This document shows, one piece after another, positions 23,601 to 38,524 of a stretch of 64,000 nt of DNA. This stretch comes from Nemertoderma westbladi (taxonomy: Eukaryota; Animalia; Xenacoelomorpha), in NCBI GenBank assembly GCA_032718475.1, contig JAUCBJ010004507.1, forward strand, positions 1-64,000. Direction: 5' to 3'. A program made the position numbers and the translations under genes. Within the stretch, counting starts at the first letter, position 1. The number at the start of each line of letters is the position of its first letter. The notes under the pieces were generated by a model. That model did not search any database. It had not been told where the DNA came from and saw only the letters and a program-made list of their open reading frames with translations.

Positions 23601-26600
23601 AATATGTACGTGTACAATAGGTGGCAGTTCGGGTTCGCTACCACACCAATCGATATGTACATGTACAATAGGTGGCAGTTCGGGTTCGCTACCACACCAA
23701 TTAATATGTACGTGTACAATAGGTGGCAGTTTGGGTTCGCTACCACACCAATCAATATGTACGTGTACAATAGGTGGCAGTTCGGGTTCGCTACCACACC
23801 AATCAATATGTACGTGTACAATAGGTAGCAAGGTGGGTTCGCTACCACACCAATCAATATGTACGTGTACAATAGGTAGCAGGGTGGGTTCGCTACCACA
23901 CCAATTAATATGTACGTGTACAATAGGTGGCAGTTCGGGTTCGCTACCACACCAATCAATATGTACGTGTACAATAGGTAGCAGGGTGGGTTCGCTACCA
24001 CACCAATTAATATGTACGTTTACAATAGGTGGCAGTTCGGGTTCGCTACCACACCAATTAATATGTACGTGTACAATAGGTGGCAGTTTGGGTTCGCTAC
24101 CACACCAATCAATATGTACGTGTACAATAGGTGGCAGTTCGGGTTCGCTACCACACCAATCAATATGTACGTGTACAATAGGTGGCAGTTCGGGTTCGCT
24201 ACCACACCAATCAATCTGTACGTGTACAATAGGTGGCAGTTCGGGTTCGCTACCACACCAATCAATATGTACGTGTACAGTACAATAGGTAGCAGGACGG
24301 GTTCGCTACCACACCAATCAATCTGTACGTGTACAATAGGTGGCAGTTTGGGTCCGCTACCACACCAATCAATATGTACGTGTACAATAGGTGGCAGTTC
24401 GGGTTCGCTACCACACCAATCAATATGTACATGTACAATAGGTGGCAGTTCGGGTTCGCTACCACACCAATTAATATGTACGTGTACAATAGGTGGCAGT
24501 TCGGGTTCGCTACCACACCAATTAATATGTACGTGTACAATAGGTGGCAGTTTGGGTTCGCTACCACACCAATCAATATGTACGTGTACAATAGGTGGCA
24601 GTTCGGGTTCGCTACCACACCAATCAATATGTACGTGTACAATAGGTGGCAGTTCGGGTTCGCTACCACACCAATCAATCTGTACGTGTACAATAGGTGG
24701 CAGTTCGGGTTCGCTACCACACCAATCAATATGTACGTGTACAGTACAATAGGTAGCAGGACGGGTTCGCTACCACACCAATCAATCTGTACGTGTACAA
24801 TAGGTGGCAGTTTGGGTCCGCTACCACACCAATCAATATGTACGTGTACAATAGGTGGCAGTTCGGGTTCGCTACCACACCAATCAATATGTACGTGTAC
24901 AGTACAATAGGTAGCAGGACGGGTTCGCTACCACACCAATCAATATGTACGTGTACAGTACAATAGGTAGCAGTTCGGGTTCGCTACCACACCAATCAAT
25001 ATGTACGTGTACAATAGGTGGCAGTTCGGGTTCGCTACCACACCAATCAATATGTACGTGTACAATAGGTAGCAGGGTGGGTTCGCTACCACACCAATCA
25101 ATATGTACATGTACAATAGGTGGCAGTTCGGGTTCGCTACCACACCAATCAATCTGTACGTGTACAATAGGTGGCAGTTCGGGTTCGCTACCACACCAAT
25201 CGATATGTACATGTACAATAGGTGGCAGTTCGGGTTCGCTACCACACCAATCGATATGTACATGTACAATAGGTGGCAGTTCGGGTTCGCTACCACACCA
25301 ATCAATATGTACATGTACAATAGGTGGCAGTTCGGGTTCGCTACCACACCAATCGATATGTACATGTACAATAGGTAGCAGTTCGGGGTCGCTACCACAC
25401 CAATCAATATGTACGTGTACAATAGGTGGCAGTTCGGGTTCGCTACCACACCAATCAATATGTACGTGTACAATAGGTGGCAGTTCGGGTTCGCTACCAC
25501 ACCAATCAATATGTACGTGTACAATAGGTGGCAGTTCGGGTTCGCTACCACACCAATCGATATGTACATGTACAATAGGTGGCAGTTCGGGTTCGCTACC
25601 ACACCAATCAATATGTACGTGTACAATAGGTGGCAGTTCGGGTTCGCTACCACACCAATCAATATGTACATGTACAATAGGTAGCAGTTCGGGTTCGCTA
25701 CCACACCAATCAATATGTACGTGTACAATAGGTAGCAGTTCGGGGTCGCTACCACACCAATCAATATGTACGTGTACAATAGGTGGCAGTTCGGGTTCGC
25801 TACCACACCAATCAATATGTACGTGTACAATAGGTGGCAGTTCGGGTTCGCTACCACACCAATCGATATGTACATGTACAATAGGTGGCAGTTCGGGTTC
25901 GCTACCACACCAATCAATATGTACGTGTACAATAGGTAGCAGGGTGGGTTCGCTACCACACCAATCAATATGTACGTGTACAATAGGTAGCAGGGTGGGT
26001 TCGCTACCACACCAATCAATATGTACATGTACAATAGGTAGCAGTTCGGGTTCGCTACCACACCAATCAATATGTACGTGTACAATAGGTAGCAGTTCGG
26101 GGTCGCTACCACACCAATCAATATGTACGTGTACAATAGGTGGCAGTTCGGGTTCGCTACCACACCAATCAATATGTACGTGTACAATAGGTGGCAGTTT
26201 GGGTTCGCTACCACACCAATCAATATGTACGTGTACAATAGGTAGCAGTTCGGGGTCGCTACCACACCAATCAATATGTACGTGTACAATAGGTGGCAGT
26301 TCGGGTTCGCTACCACACCAATCAATATGTACGTGTACAATAGGTGGCAGTTCGGGTTCGCTACCACACCAATCGATATGTACATGTACAATAGGTGGCA
26401 GTTCGGGTTCGCTACCACACCAATCAATATGTACGTGTACAATAGGTAGCAGGGTGGGTTCGCTACCACACCAATCAATATGTACGTGTACAATAGGTAG
26501 CAGGGTGGGTTCGCTACCACACCAATCAATATGTACGTGTACAATAGGTGGCAGTTCGGATTCGCTACCACACCAATCAATATGTACGTGTACAATAGGT

Positions 26601-29600
26601 GGCAGTTCGGGTTCGCTACCACACCAATCAATCTGTACGTGTACAATAGGTGGCAGTTCGGGTTTGCTACCACACCAATCAATATGTACGTGTACAATAG
26701 GTGGCAGTTTGGGTTCGCTACCACACCAATCAATATGTACGTGTACAATAGGTGGCAGTTCGGGTTCGCTACCACACCAATCAATATGTACGTGTACAGT
26801 ACAATAGGTAGCAGGACGGGTTCGCTACCACACCAATCAATATGTATGTGTACAATAGGTGGCAGTTCGGGTTCGCTACCACACCAATCAATATGTACGT
26901 GTACAATAGGTAGCAGGGTGGGTTCGCTACCACACCAATCAATATGTACGTGTACAATAGGTAGCAGGGTGGGTTCGCTACCACACCAATCAATATGTAC
27001 GTGTACAATAGGTGGCAGTTCGGGTTCGCTACCACACCAATCAATCTGTACGTGTACAATAGGTGGCAGTTCGGGTTCGCTACCACACCAATCGATATGT
27101 ACATGTACAATAGGTGGCAGTTCGGGTTCGCTACCACACCAATCGATATGTACATGTACAATAGGTGGCAGTTCGGGTTCGCTACCACACCAATCAATAT
27201 GTACATGTACAATAGGTGGCAGTTCGGGTTCGCTACCACACCAATCGATATGTACATGTACAATAGGTAGCAGTTCGGGGTCGCTACCACACCAATCAAT
27301 ATGTACGTGTACAATAGGTGGCAGTTCGGGTTCGCTACCACACCAATCAATATGTACGTGTACAATAGGTGGCAGTTCGGGTTCGCTACCACACCAATCG
27401 ATATGTACATGTACAATAGGTGGCAGTTCGGGTTCGCTACCACACCAATCAATATGTACGTGTACAATAGGTGGCAGTTCGGGTTCGCTACCACACCAAT
27501 CAATATGTACATGTACAATAGGTAGCAGTTCGGGTTCGCTACCACACCAATCAATATGTACGTGTACAATAGGTAGCAGTTCGGGGTCGCTACCACACCA
27601 ATCAATATGTACGTGTACAATAGGTGGCAGTTCGGGTTCGCTACCACACCAATCAATATGTACGTGTACAATAGGTGGCAGTTCGGGTTCGCTACCACAC
27701 CAATCGATATGTACATGTACAATAGGTGGCAGTTCGGGTTCGCTACCACACCAATCAATATGTACGTGTACAATAGGTGGCAGTTCGGGTTCGCTACCAC
27801 ACCAATCAATATGTACGTGTACAATAGGTGGCAGTTCGGGTTCGCTACCACACCAATCAATATGTACGTGTACAGTACAATAGGTGGCAGTTCGGGTTCG
27901 CTACCACACCAATCGATATGTACATGTACAATAGGTGGCAGTTCGGGTTCGCTACCACACCAATCAATATGTACGTGTACAATAGGTAGCAGTTTGGGTT
28001 CGCTACCACACCAATCAATATGTACGTGTACAATAGGTGGCAGTTCGGGTTCGCTACCACACCAATCAATATGTACGTGTACAATAGGTGGCAGTTCGGG
28101 GTCGCTACCACACCAATCAATATGTACGTGTACAATAGGTGGCAGTTCGGGTTCGCTACCACACCAATCAATATGTACGTGTACAATAGGTGGCAGTTCG
28201 GGGTCGCTACCACACCAATCAATATGTACGTGTACAATAGGTGGCAGTTCGGGTTCGCTACCACATCAATCAATCTGTACGTGTACAATAGGTGGCAGTT
28301 CGGGGTCGCTACCACACCAATCAATATGTACGTGTACAATAGGTGGCAGTTCGGGGTCGCTACCACACCAATCAATATGTACGTGTACAATAGGTGGCAG
28401 TTCGGGTTCGCTACCACACCAATCGATATGTACATGTACAATAGGTAGCAGTTCGGGGTCGCTACCACACCAATCAATATGTACGTGTACAATAGGTGGC
28501 AGTTCGGGTTCGCTACCACATCAATCAATCTGTACGTGTACAATAGGTGGCAGTTCGGGGTCGCTACCACACCAATCAATATGTACGTGTACAATAGGTG
28601 GCAGTTCGGGGTCGCTACCACACCAATCAATATGTACGTGTACAATAGGTGGCAGTTCGGGTTCGCTACCACACCAATCAATATGTACGTGTACAGTACA
28701 ATAGGTAGCAGGGTGGGTTCGCTACCACACCAATCAATATGTACGTGTACAATAGGTGGCAGTTCGGGTTCGCTACCACACCAATCAATATGTACGTGTA
28801 CAATAGGTAGCAGTTCGGGTTCGCTACCACACCAATCAATATGTACGTGTACAATAGGTGGCAGTTTGGGTTCGCTACCACACCAATCAATATGTACGTG
28901 TACAGTACAATAGGTGGCAGTTCGGGTTCGCTACCACACCAATCAATATGTACGTGTACAATAGGTGGCAGGGTGGGTTCGCTACCACACCAATCAATAT
29001 GTACATGTACAATAGGTAGCAGTTCGGGTTCGCTACCACACCAATCAATATGTACGTGTACAATAGGTGGCAGTTTGGGTTCGCTACCACACCAATCAAT
29101 ATGTACGTGTACAGTACAATAGGTGGCAGTTCGGGTTCGCTACCACACCAATCAATATGTACGTGTACAGTACAATAGGTGGCAGTTCGGGTTCACTACC
29201 ACACCAATCAATATGTACGTGTACAATAGGTAGCAGTTTGGGTTCGCTACCACACCAATCAATATGTACGTGTACAGTACAATAGGTAGCAGTTTGGGTT
29301 CACTACCACACCAATCAATATGTACGTGTACAATAGGTAGCAGTTTGGGTTCGCTACCACACCAATCAATATGTACGTGTACAATAGGTGGCAGTTCGGG
29401 TTCGCTACCACACCAATCAATATGTACGTGTACAATAGGTGGCAGTTTGGGTTCGCTACCACACCAATCAATATGTACGTGTACAGTACAATAGGTGGCA
29501 GTTCGGGTTCGCTACCACACCAATCAATATGTACGTGTACAGTACAATAGGTGGCAGTTCGGGTTCGCTACCACACCAATCAATCTGTACGTGTACAATA

Positions 29601-30605
29601 GGTAGCAGTTCGGGGTCGCTACCACACCAATCAATATGTACGTGTACAATAGGTGGCAGTTTGGGTTCGCTACCACACCAATCAATATGTACGTGTACAG
29701 TACAATAGGTGGCAGTTCGGGTTCGCTACCACACCAATCAATATGTACGTGTACAATAGGTGGCAGTTTGGGTTCGCTACCACACCAATCAATATGTACG
29801 TGTACAATAGGTGGCAGTTTGGGTTCGCTACCACACCAATCAATATGTACGTGTACAGTACAATAGGTGGCAGTTCGGGTTCGCTACCACACCAATCAAT
29901 ATGTACGTGTACAGTACAATAGGTGGCAGTTCGGGTTCACTACCACACCAATCAATATGTACGTGTACAATAGGTAGCAGTTTGGGTTCGCTACCACACC
30001 AATTAATATGTACGTTTACAATAGGTAGCAGGGTGGGTTCGCTACCACACCAATCAATATGTACGTGTACAATAGGTAGCAGTTCGGGGTCGCTACCACA
30101 CCAATCAATATGTACGTGTACAATAGGTGGCAGTTCGGGTTCGCTACCACACCAATCAATATGTACGTGTACAATAGGTGGCAGTTCGGGTTCGCTACCA
30201 CACCAATCAATATGTACATGTACAATAGGTGGCAGTTCGGGTTCGCTACCACACCAATCAATATGTACATGTACAATAGGTGGCAGTTCGGGTTCGCTAC
30301 CACACCAATCAATATGTACGTGTACAATAGGTAGCAGTTCGGGGTCGCTACCACACCAATCAATATGTACGTGTACAATAGGTGGCAGTTCGGGTTCGCT
30401 ACCACACCAATCAATATGTACGTGTACAATAGGTGGCAGTTCGGGTTCGCTACCACACCAATCAATATGTACATGTACAATAGGTGGCAGTTCGGGTTCG
30501 CTACCACACCAATCAATATGTACATGTACAATAGGTGGCAGTTCGGGTTCGCTACCACACCAATCGATATGTACATGTACAATACAATAGGTAGCAGGAC
30601 GGGTT
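20650..30605. repeat. 51-bp satellite, ~195 copies
   Basis: Unit TTCGCTACCACACCAATCAATATGTACGTGTACAATAGGTGGCAGTTCGGG, with 56-bp (extra GTACA) and 52-bp variants. Confidence 0.97.
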
Positions 30606-30726
30606 CTGTCATACCTGTAATGGATTTCTCGTGCCTCTGGCACGATAAGCTCCTAAAGCGGCTTTGTATCTCTAAATAATTCGAAAAGTGCTAATGCATT
30701 TTCCTTATTGTTTTGGTTTCTCGTTG

Positions 30727-31366
30727 ACAAGACTGACTTGAAAATAGCTCGCAATAATACACGTTCGTGGGGCCTTCGCGCAGCACGAGAGCCTAAATTA
30801 GAAAGTACATTCTATTAATCTCTATTAGAAATACGAAAACTGTCTTTCCCAAAATATATATGAGTGAAAGCGAGGCTATCAGTTTGTGATAAACTAGTTG
30901 TAAAAATAGAGATCCATTTCAGTTTGCCCTTACAGACTTTAACTGTCATTTGTTAACCTTCTAACTAGAGCTATTTAAGTTAAGTATGACATTTTTAGTT
31001 TTACAATACTCTTCTCCTTCATTAGCCTCGTTGCGCTCGTCCTGTTTTGTCTTAAAATAATTTCCCTAAACGGAGACTAACGACCTTTACAACTGTGCAA
31101 AGTCTCGAAACTGTGAGAATAACTGCTGATTTATGGCAAATGGATAATCGTATCCAATGTAAACTCGTTGCGTTCGTTCGTTTTTGACCAAACTAGAGAT
31201 TATTTCTAAACTTTTGCCGGACTACATACGTACCAAGTTTCGTTTAATTTCATCGAGGAATAACCGAGTTATTAGCGATCAAAAATTTACGGCGACGACG
31301 ACGACAGACAACTCGTTAGTGGTACCCATATGCGAAGGCTTCGCTCACTTCGTGGCTCGCCCCACA
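30727..31366 (-). mobile_element. Non-autonomous Helentron/DINE-1-like element
   Basis: Minus strand: 5' TGTGGGGCGAG, a (GTC)n microsatellite, an AAACTTGGTAC core, a 3' subterminal inverted GCCCCACGAA (30764-30773) and a terminal hairpin CAAG-TCAGT-CTTG. Both ends match 45992-46945. Confidence 0.7.
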
Positions 31367-32011
31367 CGGTCCTTCCATGACTACTTGTTATTTACCGACA
31401 TCCACAACCCTTTCAAGATAATACTAAAACACAGTGATTTCTGTTCTCTCCAGATATTATTGCTTCCTTCTGGTATAACTTTACTTCAAAATAATATATT
31501 TATGAACAATAGACTGATCATATTATATGTTTATAGGTATAGTGTACTCTACGTAACACCATTGAAAAACCTCTGGGAAGAGGGAAAAATAGAAACCGGG
31601 TGAGGGGTGCTTTGGGTCCGTTAGGATCCAAAATATAACCTCGAAAAATAATACAACCCAACAAATTGTAACCGGAAAAAAATTTGCCCTAGTAAGAGGG
31701 TCTATGCAGCTACAGGTGGCACGTCCTTTATGCTGCATGGAGGTGGCAAGTTTTCTTGATCAATGATCTAGAATACCTGACCTGACCTTATCTGACTGAA
31801 TTATACTGAATTAATTAGTAATTAGGATAAGATAATTTAATAAAGAGTTTAAGGAGGCCAACGATCGATTCATTGTAGGGGAAGCTCTCCAGCAGCTTCA
31901 ATAGAATTCAATAGAATAAAAGGAACTAATTTGCAGGTTCAATAAGATTATAAACAATATATTGTTAATTCTATATTATATTTAACTTTATATCATGTAA
32001 TGTTTATATTA

Positions 32012-33679
32012 TTAGTGATAAGTTATAGATACTGTCCTCTTCTTCCCCAATATTCTAGAACTAATATCAGATAAAGTGCTTCGTATCACTTTATTCCTCA
32101 AGGCGTAAAGGATCGGATTGAACGTAGCGTTGGCGTAGACAAACCAGAGCGATATATCGAATCCGACGCATGAGGTAGAGATTCCTTTCCATGTTAGACC
32201 CCACATGATTGTGTATGGAATTTGGCAGATGATGTAAAGAGTAACCAGAATCACTATAGTCTGCGCAACCTTGAAGTCTCTGTAAATTCTTTGCTGCTGT
32301 TTACGTTGTTCTCTGACCACACCCGGCGGTTGTCTGGTAAGTTCTGCTATTTCAAATGTGTCTGATCGATTTCTGTTGCCTTCATCAACCTCTGATAGAC
32401 TCGCTGTTCTGTAATTAGCTGGCTTGCGTTCATTCGATTTCGGCCTTTTACTAACATACCGTTTCCTATCAGACCACCCATAAACCTCTTCCACTTGTTT
32501 GACATGGTCAATATCTACAACACTATCTCTTACGGTCATCCATTCCAATACATCTTCTTTACCAGATGGCAATGCCTGGACTAGAAGAGTAATTTTTAGA
32601 AGCCTAGGGAGACCATTAGTGATATCTTCATTTTCATTTTCATATATCACTCTGTTGGTAAGAAAGTTATACTGACTATCTTGTGTAGCAGGTGGTTCAA
32701 TCTCTCTCCCTTCATATACAGGGTTTATAACACTAAATGCTTCGTTGTTATCAGTGTTATCAACTTCAAGTATGCCCAACATGGAATCGCTGTGGGATCT
32801 ATTTTCACGGTCTATTCCTCTACTTGTTCCACTGATGCCTTTACCCAGCTTTTGCAACCGACTTCTGTATGTAAAGCTACTTAGTTTTTGTTTCCTCTCC
32901 GCTATTGGTCTGCTTGCGGTTGTTTCTGAGGTAGTGATGTTCTGTAGAGGAAAATTGGGCGTTTGTAGTGAATTTCGCGTGAGTTTTAGTGCGTTCTGGT
33001 GTATGGCGTTGTACACACCTTTATTTAAAATTATAAGCACCAATAGTGGGAAGAATGCAAGTGTTAATGTTACCACACCATTAAAAGTTCCATTATCGAT
33101 CCACTTTTCTGGGCACGCAATGTTACCAGAGCGGAATGGTGTAGTGTCTAAAAGTGAAGAGATCTCCTTCCACCATATTATGGTACTCCCAAATGTAACT
33201 AGAGGTATCAACCAACAGACTACCAGTAAAGTGGTTATGACGTAACGATTACGTTTATAGGTATGCAATCTTGTGATACACATGTAGCGGTCTAAGGTAA
33301 TCACGCATATGGTAAGACCGCCAGCGGCGACGCTCGTATAGTCTGCTATATGCCACACGGTACACCATCCTTGATGAGCCGGAAACGTGTCCTCGTGCAA
33401 TATAAGTTTGGATATATAACCGTATGGAGCCACGACAATGGAAATTATGAAATCAGCGCAGGCCAATGATAGTATTGGTAGATTTCCCAAGGTTCGCACT
33501 CGTTTCTCGTAGAAGAAAGCCGCTAATATTGATCCATTTGCGAGGATTGCTGTCACTGTTAGTGGTATAGCTATGATAAGAATAATTACTTTAGCATAAT
33601 CTGGGTAGGGACATTCCCCCTGTATTATTGGCACAGTTTGGTTTGTCTCGTTTTCTTTATTGAATTCAAATATCTCCAT
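32012..33679 (-). CDS. Rhodopsin-class GPCR, aminergic (muscarinic/histamine H3-like), intronless, paralog 2
   Basis: N-glycosylation sites in the N-terminus, LACAD, CTVWHIADY...DRY, long ICL3, CQIPY, WFVYANATFNPILY. Confidence 0.94.
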   Translation of the reverse strand: MEIFEFNKENETNQTVPIIQGECPYPDYAKVIILIIAIPLTVTAILANGSILAAFFYEKRVRTLGNLPILSLACADFIISIVVAPYGYISKLILHEDTFPAHQGWCTVWHIADYTSVAAGGLTICVITLDRYMCITRLHTYKRNRYVITTLLVVCWLIPLVTFGSTIIWWKEISSLLDTTPFRSGNIACPEKWIDNGTFNGVVTLTLAFFPLLVLIILNKGVYNAIHQNALKLTRNSLQTPNFPLQNITTSETTASRPIAERKQKLSSFTYRSRLQKLGKGISGTSRGIDRENRSHSDSMLGILEVDNTDNNEAFSVINPVYEGREIEPPATQDSQYNFLTNRVIYENENEDITNGLPRLLKITLLVQALPSGKEDVLEWMTVRDSVVDIDHVKQVEEVYGWSDRKRYVSKRPKSNERKPANYRTASLSEVDEGNRNRSDTFEIAELTRQPPGVVREQRKQQQRIYRDFKVAQTIVILVTLYIICQIPYTIMWGLTWKGISTSCVGFDISLWFVYANATFNPILYALRNKVIRSTLSDISSRILGKKRTVSITYH

Positions 33680-33813
33680 CTCAACTCTCGCTTAAACATT
33701 GAAATTGTTCATAACCAATTATTTATTATACAAGTTGTGATTAAAAACAAATATGCTACAAGTAGAGGTTAGTACAAGTACAAGTACAAGTGAGTGTTTG
33801 ATGATAATTTATA

Positions 33814-36800
33814 ACCTGTATCACTGATTTTATATACCTACCTGTATCACTGATTTTATATACCTACCTGTATCACTGATTTTATATACCTACCTGTATC
33901 ACTGATTTTATATACCTACCTGTATCACTGATTTTATATACCTACCTGTATCACTGATTTTATATATCTGCCTGTATCACTGATTTTATATACCTACCTG
34001 TATCACTGATTTTATATACCTACCTGTATCACTGATTTTATATACCTACCTGTATCACTGATTTTATATACCTACCTGTATCACTGATTTTATATACCTA
34101 CCTGTATCACTGATTTTATATACCTACCTGTATCACTGATTTTATATACCTACCTGTATCACTGATTTTATATACCTACCTGTATCACTGATTTTATATA
34201 TCTGCCTGTATCACTGATTTTATATACCTACCTGTATCACTGATTTTATATACCTACCTGTATCACTGATTTTATATACCTACCTGTATCACTGATTTTA
34301 TATACCTACCTGTATCACTGATTTTATATACCTACCTGTATCACTGATTTTATATACCAACCTGTATCACTGATTTTATATACCTACCTGTATCACTGAT
34401 TTTATATACCTACCTGTATCACTGATTTTATATACCAACCTGTATCACTGATTTTATATACCAACCTGTATCACTGATTTTATATACCAACCTGTATCAC
34501 TGATTTTATATACCTACCTGTATCACTGATTTTATATACCTACCTGTATCACTGATTTTATGTACCTACCTGTATCACTGATTTTATATACCTACCTGTA
34601 TCACTGATTTTATATACCTACCTGTATCACTGATTTTATATACCTACCTGTATCACTGATTTTATATACCTACCTGTATCACTGATTTTATATATCTGCC
34701 TGTATCACTGATTTTATATACCTACCTGTATCACTGATTTTATATACCTACCTGTATCACTGATTTTATATACCTACCTGTATCACTGATTTTATATACC
34801 TACCTGTATCACTGATTTTATATACCTACCTGTATCACTGATTTTATATATCTGCCTGTATCACTGATTTTATATACCTACCTGTATCACTGATTTTATA
34901 TACCTACCTGTATCACTGATTTTATATACCTACCTGTATCACTGATTTTATATACCTACCTGTATCACTGATTTTATATACCTACCTGTATCACTGATTT
35001 TATATACCAACCTGTATCACTGATTTTATATACCTACCTGTATCACTGATTTTATATACCTACCTGTATCACTGATTTTATATACCAACCTGTATCACTG
35101 ATTTTATATACCAACCTGTATCACTGATTTTATATACCAACCTGTATCACTGATTTTATATACCAACCTGTATCACTGATTTTATATACCAACCTGTATC
35201 ACTGATTTTATATACCTACCTGTATCACTGATTTTATATACCTACCTGTATCACTGATTTTATATATCTACCTGTATCACTGATTTTATGTACCTACCTG
35301 TATCACTGATTTTATATACCTACCTGTATCACTGATTTTATATACCTACCTGTATCACTGATTTTATATACCTACCTGTATCACTGATTTTATATATCTG
35401 CCTGTATCACTGATTTTATATACCTACCTGTATCACTGATTTTATATACCTACCTGTATCACTGATTTTATATACCTACCTGTATCACTGATTTTATATA
35501 CCTACCTGTATCACTGATTTTATATACCTACCTGTATCACTGATTTTATATACCTACCTGTATCACTGATTTTATATACCTACCTGTATCACTGATTTTA
35601 TATATCTGCCTGTATCACTGATTTTATATACCTACCTGTATCACTGATTTTATATACCTACCTGTATCACTGATTTTATATACCTACCTGTATCACTGAT
35701 TTTATATACCTACCTGTATCACTGATTTTATATACCTACCTGTATCACTGATTTTATATACCTACCTGTATCACTGATTTTATATACCTACCTGTATCAC
35801 TGATTTTATATACCTACCTGTATCACTGATTTTATATACCTACCTGTATCACTGATTTTATATACCTACCTGTATCACTGATTTTATATACCTACCTGTA
35901 TCACTGATTTTATATACCTACCTGTATCACTGATTTTATATACCTACCTGTATCACTGATTTTATATATCTGCCTGTATCACTGATTTTATATACCTACC
36001 TGTATCACTGATTTTATATACCTACCTGTATCACTGATTTTATATACCTACCTGTATCACTGATTTTATATACCTACCTGTATCACTGATTTTATATACC
36101 TACCTGTATCACTGATTTTATATACCTACCTGTATCACTGATTTTATATACCTACCTGTATCACTGATTTTATATACCAACCTGTATCACTGATTTTATA
36201 TACCAACCTGTATCACTGATTTTATATACCTACCTGTATCACTGATTTTATATACCAACCTGTATCACTGATTTTATATACCAACCTGTATCACTGATTT
36301 TATATACCTACCTGTATCACTGATTTTATATACCAACCTGTATCACTGATTTTATATACCAACCTGTATCACTGATTTTATATACTTACCTGTATCACTG
36401 ATTTTATATACCTACCTGTATCACTGATTTTATATACCTACCTGTATCACTGATTTTATATACCTACCTGTATCACTGATTTTATATACCAACCTGTATC
36501 ACTGATTTTATATACCAACCTGTATCACTGATTTTATATACCTACCTGTATCACTGATTTTATATACCTACCTGTATCACTGATTTTATATACCTACCTG
36601 TATCACTGATTTTATATACCAACCTGTATCACTGATTTTATATACCAACCTGTATCACTGATTTTATATACCAACCTGTATCACTGATTTTATATACCTA
36701 CCTGTATCACTGATTTTATGTACCTACCTGTATCACTGATTTTATATACCTACCTGTATCACTGATTTTATATACCTACCTGTATCACTGATTTTATATA

Positions 36801-37466
36801 CCTACCTGTATCACTGATTTTATATATCTGCCTGTATCACTGATTTTATATACCTACCTGTATCACTGATTTTATATACCTACCTGTATCACTGATTTTA
36901 TATATCTGCCTGTATCACTGATTTTATATACCTACCTGTATCACTGATTTTATATACCTACCTGTATCACTGATTTTATATATCTGCCTGTATCACTGAT
37001 TTTATATATCTGCCTGTATCACTGATTTTATATACCTACCTGTATCACTGATTTTATATATCTGCCTGTATCACTGATTTTATATACCTACCTGTATCAC
37101 TGATTTTATATACCTACCTGTATCACTGATTTTATATACCTACCTGTATCACTGATTTTATATACCTACCTGTATCACTGATTTTATATACCTACCTGTA
37201 TCACTGATTTTATATATCTGCCTGTATCACTGATTTTATATACCTACCTGTATCACTGATTTTATATACCTACCTGTATCACTGATTTTATATACCTACC
37301 TGTATCACTGATTTTATATATCTGCCTGTATCACTGATTTTATATACCTACCTGTATCACTGATTTTATATATCTGCCTGTATCACTGATTTTATATACC
37401 TACCTGTATCACTGATTTTATATACCTACCTGTATCACTGATTTTATATACCTACCTGTATCACTG
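33814..37466. repeat. 26-bp minisatellite, ~140 copies
   Basis: Unit ACCTGTATCACTGATTTTATATACCT, with variants ...ATATCTG and ...ACCAAC. Confidence 0.97.
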
Positions 37467-38524
37467 TGTAATTGCTGTATTAATAAATAGTTCACACATG
37501 AAGATCCAACTTCCAACTTGAACGTAAAACAACTCAGAACTCCCGAGTTATCACGAATGATATTGTACTTGCTTGGTTTGTAATAACTAACTAATACAAC
37601 ATGGGTAATTTTCAATGCTCTTCAAAGCTTCCCACCCCCTATCTTTGATATCGCGATTCAAATTTCTTGAGGATAATGGAATACCTGATGAGATAATTGC
37701 GCGTCGCTTAGTTATAGCTCCACAACATTATTTTCTACCAGTAGAACCTGTGCTGCTTGCTATAGGGCAGTTGCTGTAATTTAATAAAGTGGTAGATTGA
37801 TTATAAGACTTAAATTAAATAGTTATTGCTCAAAACTCAACACTATTTACTCACTTGTCTAACGTCCTGCATGTTATGTATAACCTCGCCTAATTAATAT
37901 TTTTTGTTCAACTTAATGTTTAGGCTGGTAAATACAGTATATAAGTATGCTATTAGTAATAATCGCGTACAGCCAGCAGTGCGTTAGTGCAAACTGTTGG
38001 CCATTATGATTGTCATTATATTGTTCTATTATTCTAACAATTTGGACTGTGAACTTTAGATGTTCCGGTATAACGTTTTTAAGCAGGTAGCTCTTGCTAT
38101 TGATTGAGGGACTTGGGTGTATTTCCTGTCACGACTTAGGGATATGGGTTCCCCTGTATATTACTTAACTATAATATATAATCTTTGTTAATTGGTTATG
38201 AATTTTAAGTGCAGATCCTATTAGTTTGTGCTAAGAAAACAAAGTATTTCAGATATCCTGTATTCAAATTCAAAAGTGGTAATGGAAATGATTCAATGTG
38301 GGATGATACCAAAAATGATACCATCAAAAAAATGATGAACATACCAAAGTGTCAGTTTATTAAGTGGTGTTGTTTATTTATTTAACCATTTATGTGTGTG
38401 AGACACTACTAATTACTCAAGTACATATTTGATTCCATATGGCTATTAATTAATGAATTGGAGTTGAACTGATAATGCAAAACTGTAATATATGATGTTT
38501 TAATATGATTTAGTTCAGAAATTG

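Noticed and set aside
20629-30679. Many long ORFs (up to 620 aa) with 17-aa repeats on both strands
   Set aside because: They arise from a 51-bp (3n) satellite lacking stops in several frames. Frequent 5-bp and 1-bp indel variants break the frame, so there is no sign of coding constraint.
600-37691. Other CTGATGA/TCATCAG sites (e.g. ~600, 5172, 10096, 18237, 19888, 37685) as hammerheads
   Set aside because: None is followed by a stem II plus GAAA and a compatible stem I/III. The scan was by eye and is not exhaustive.
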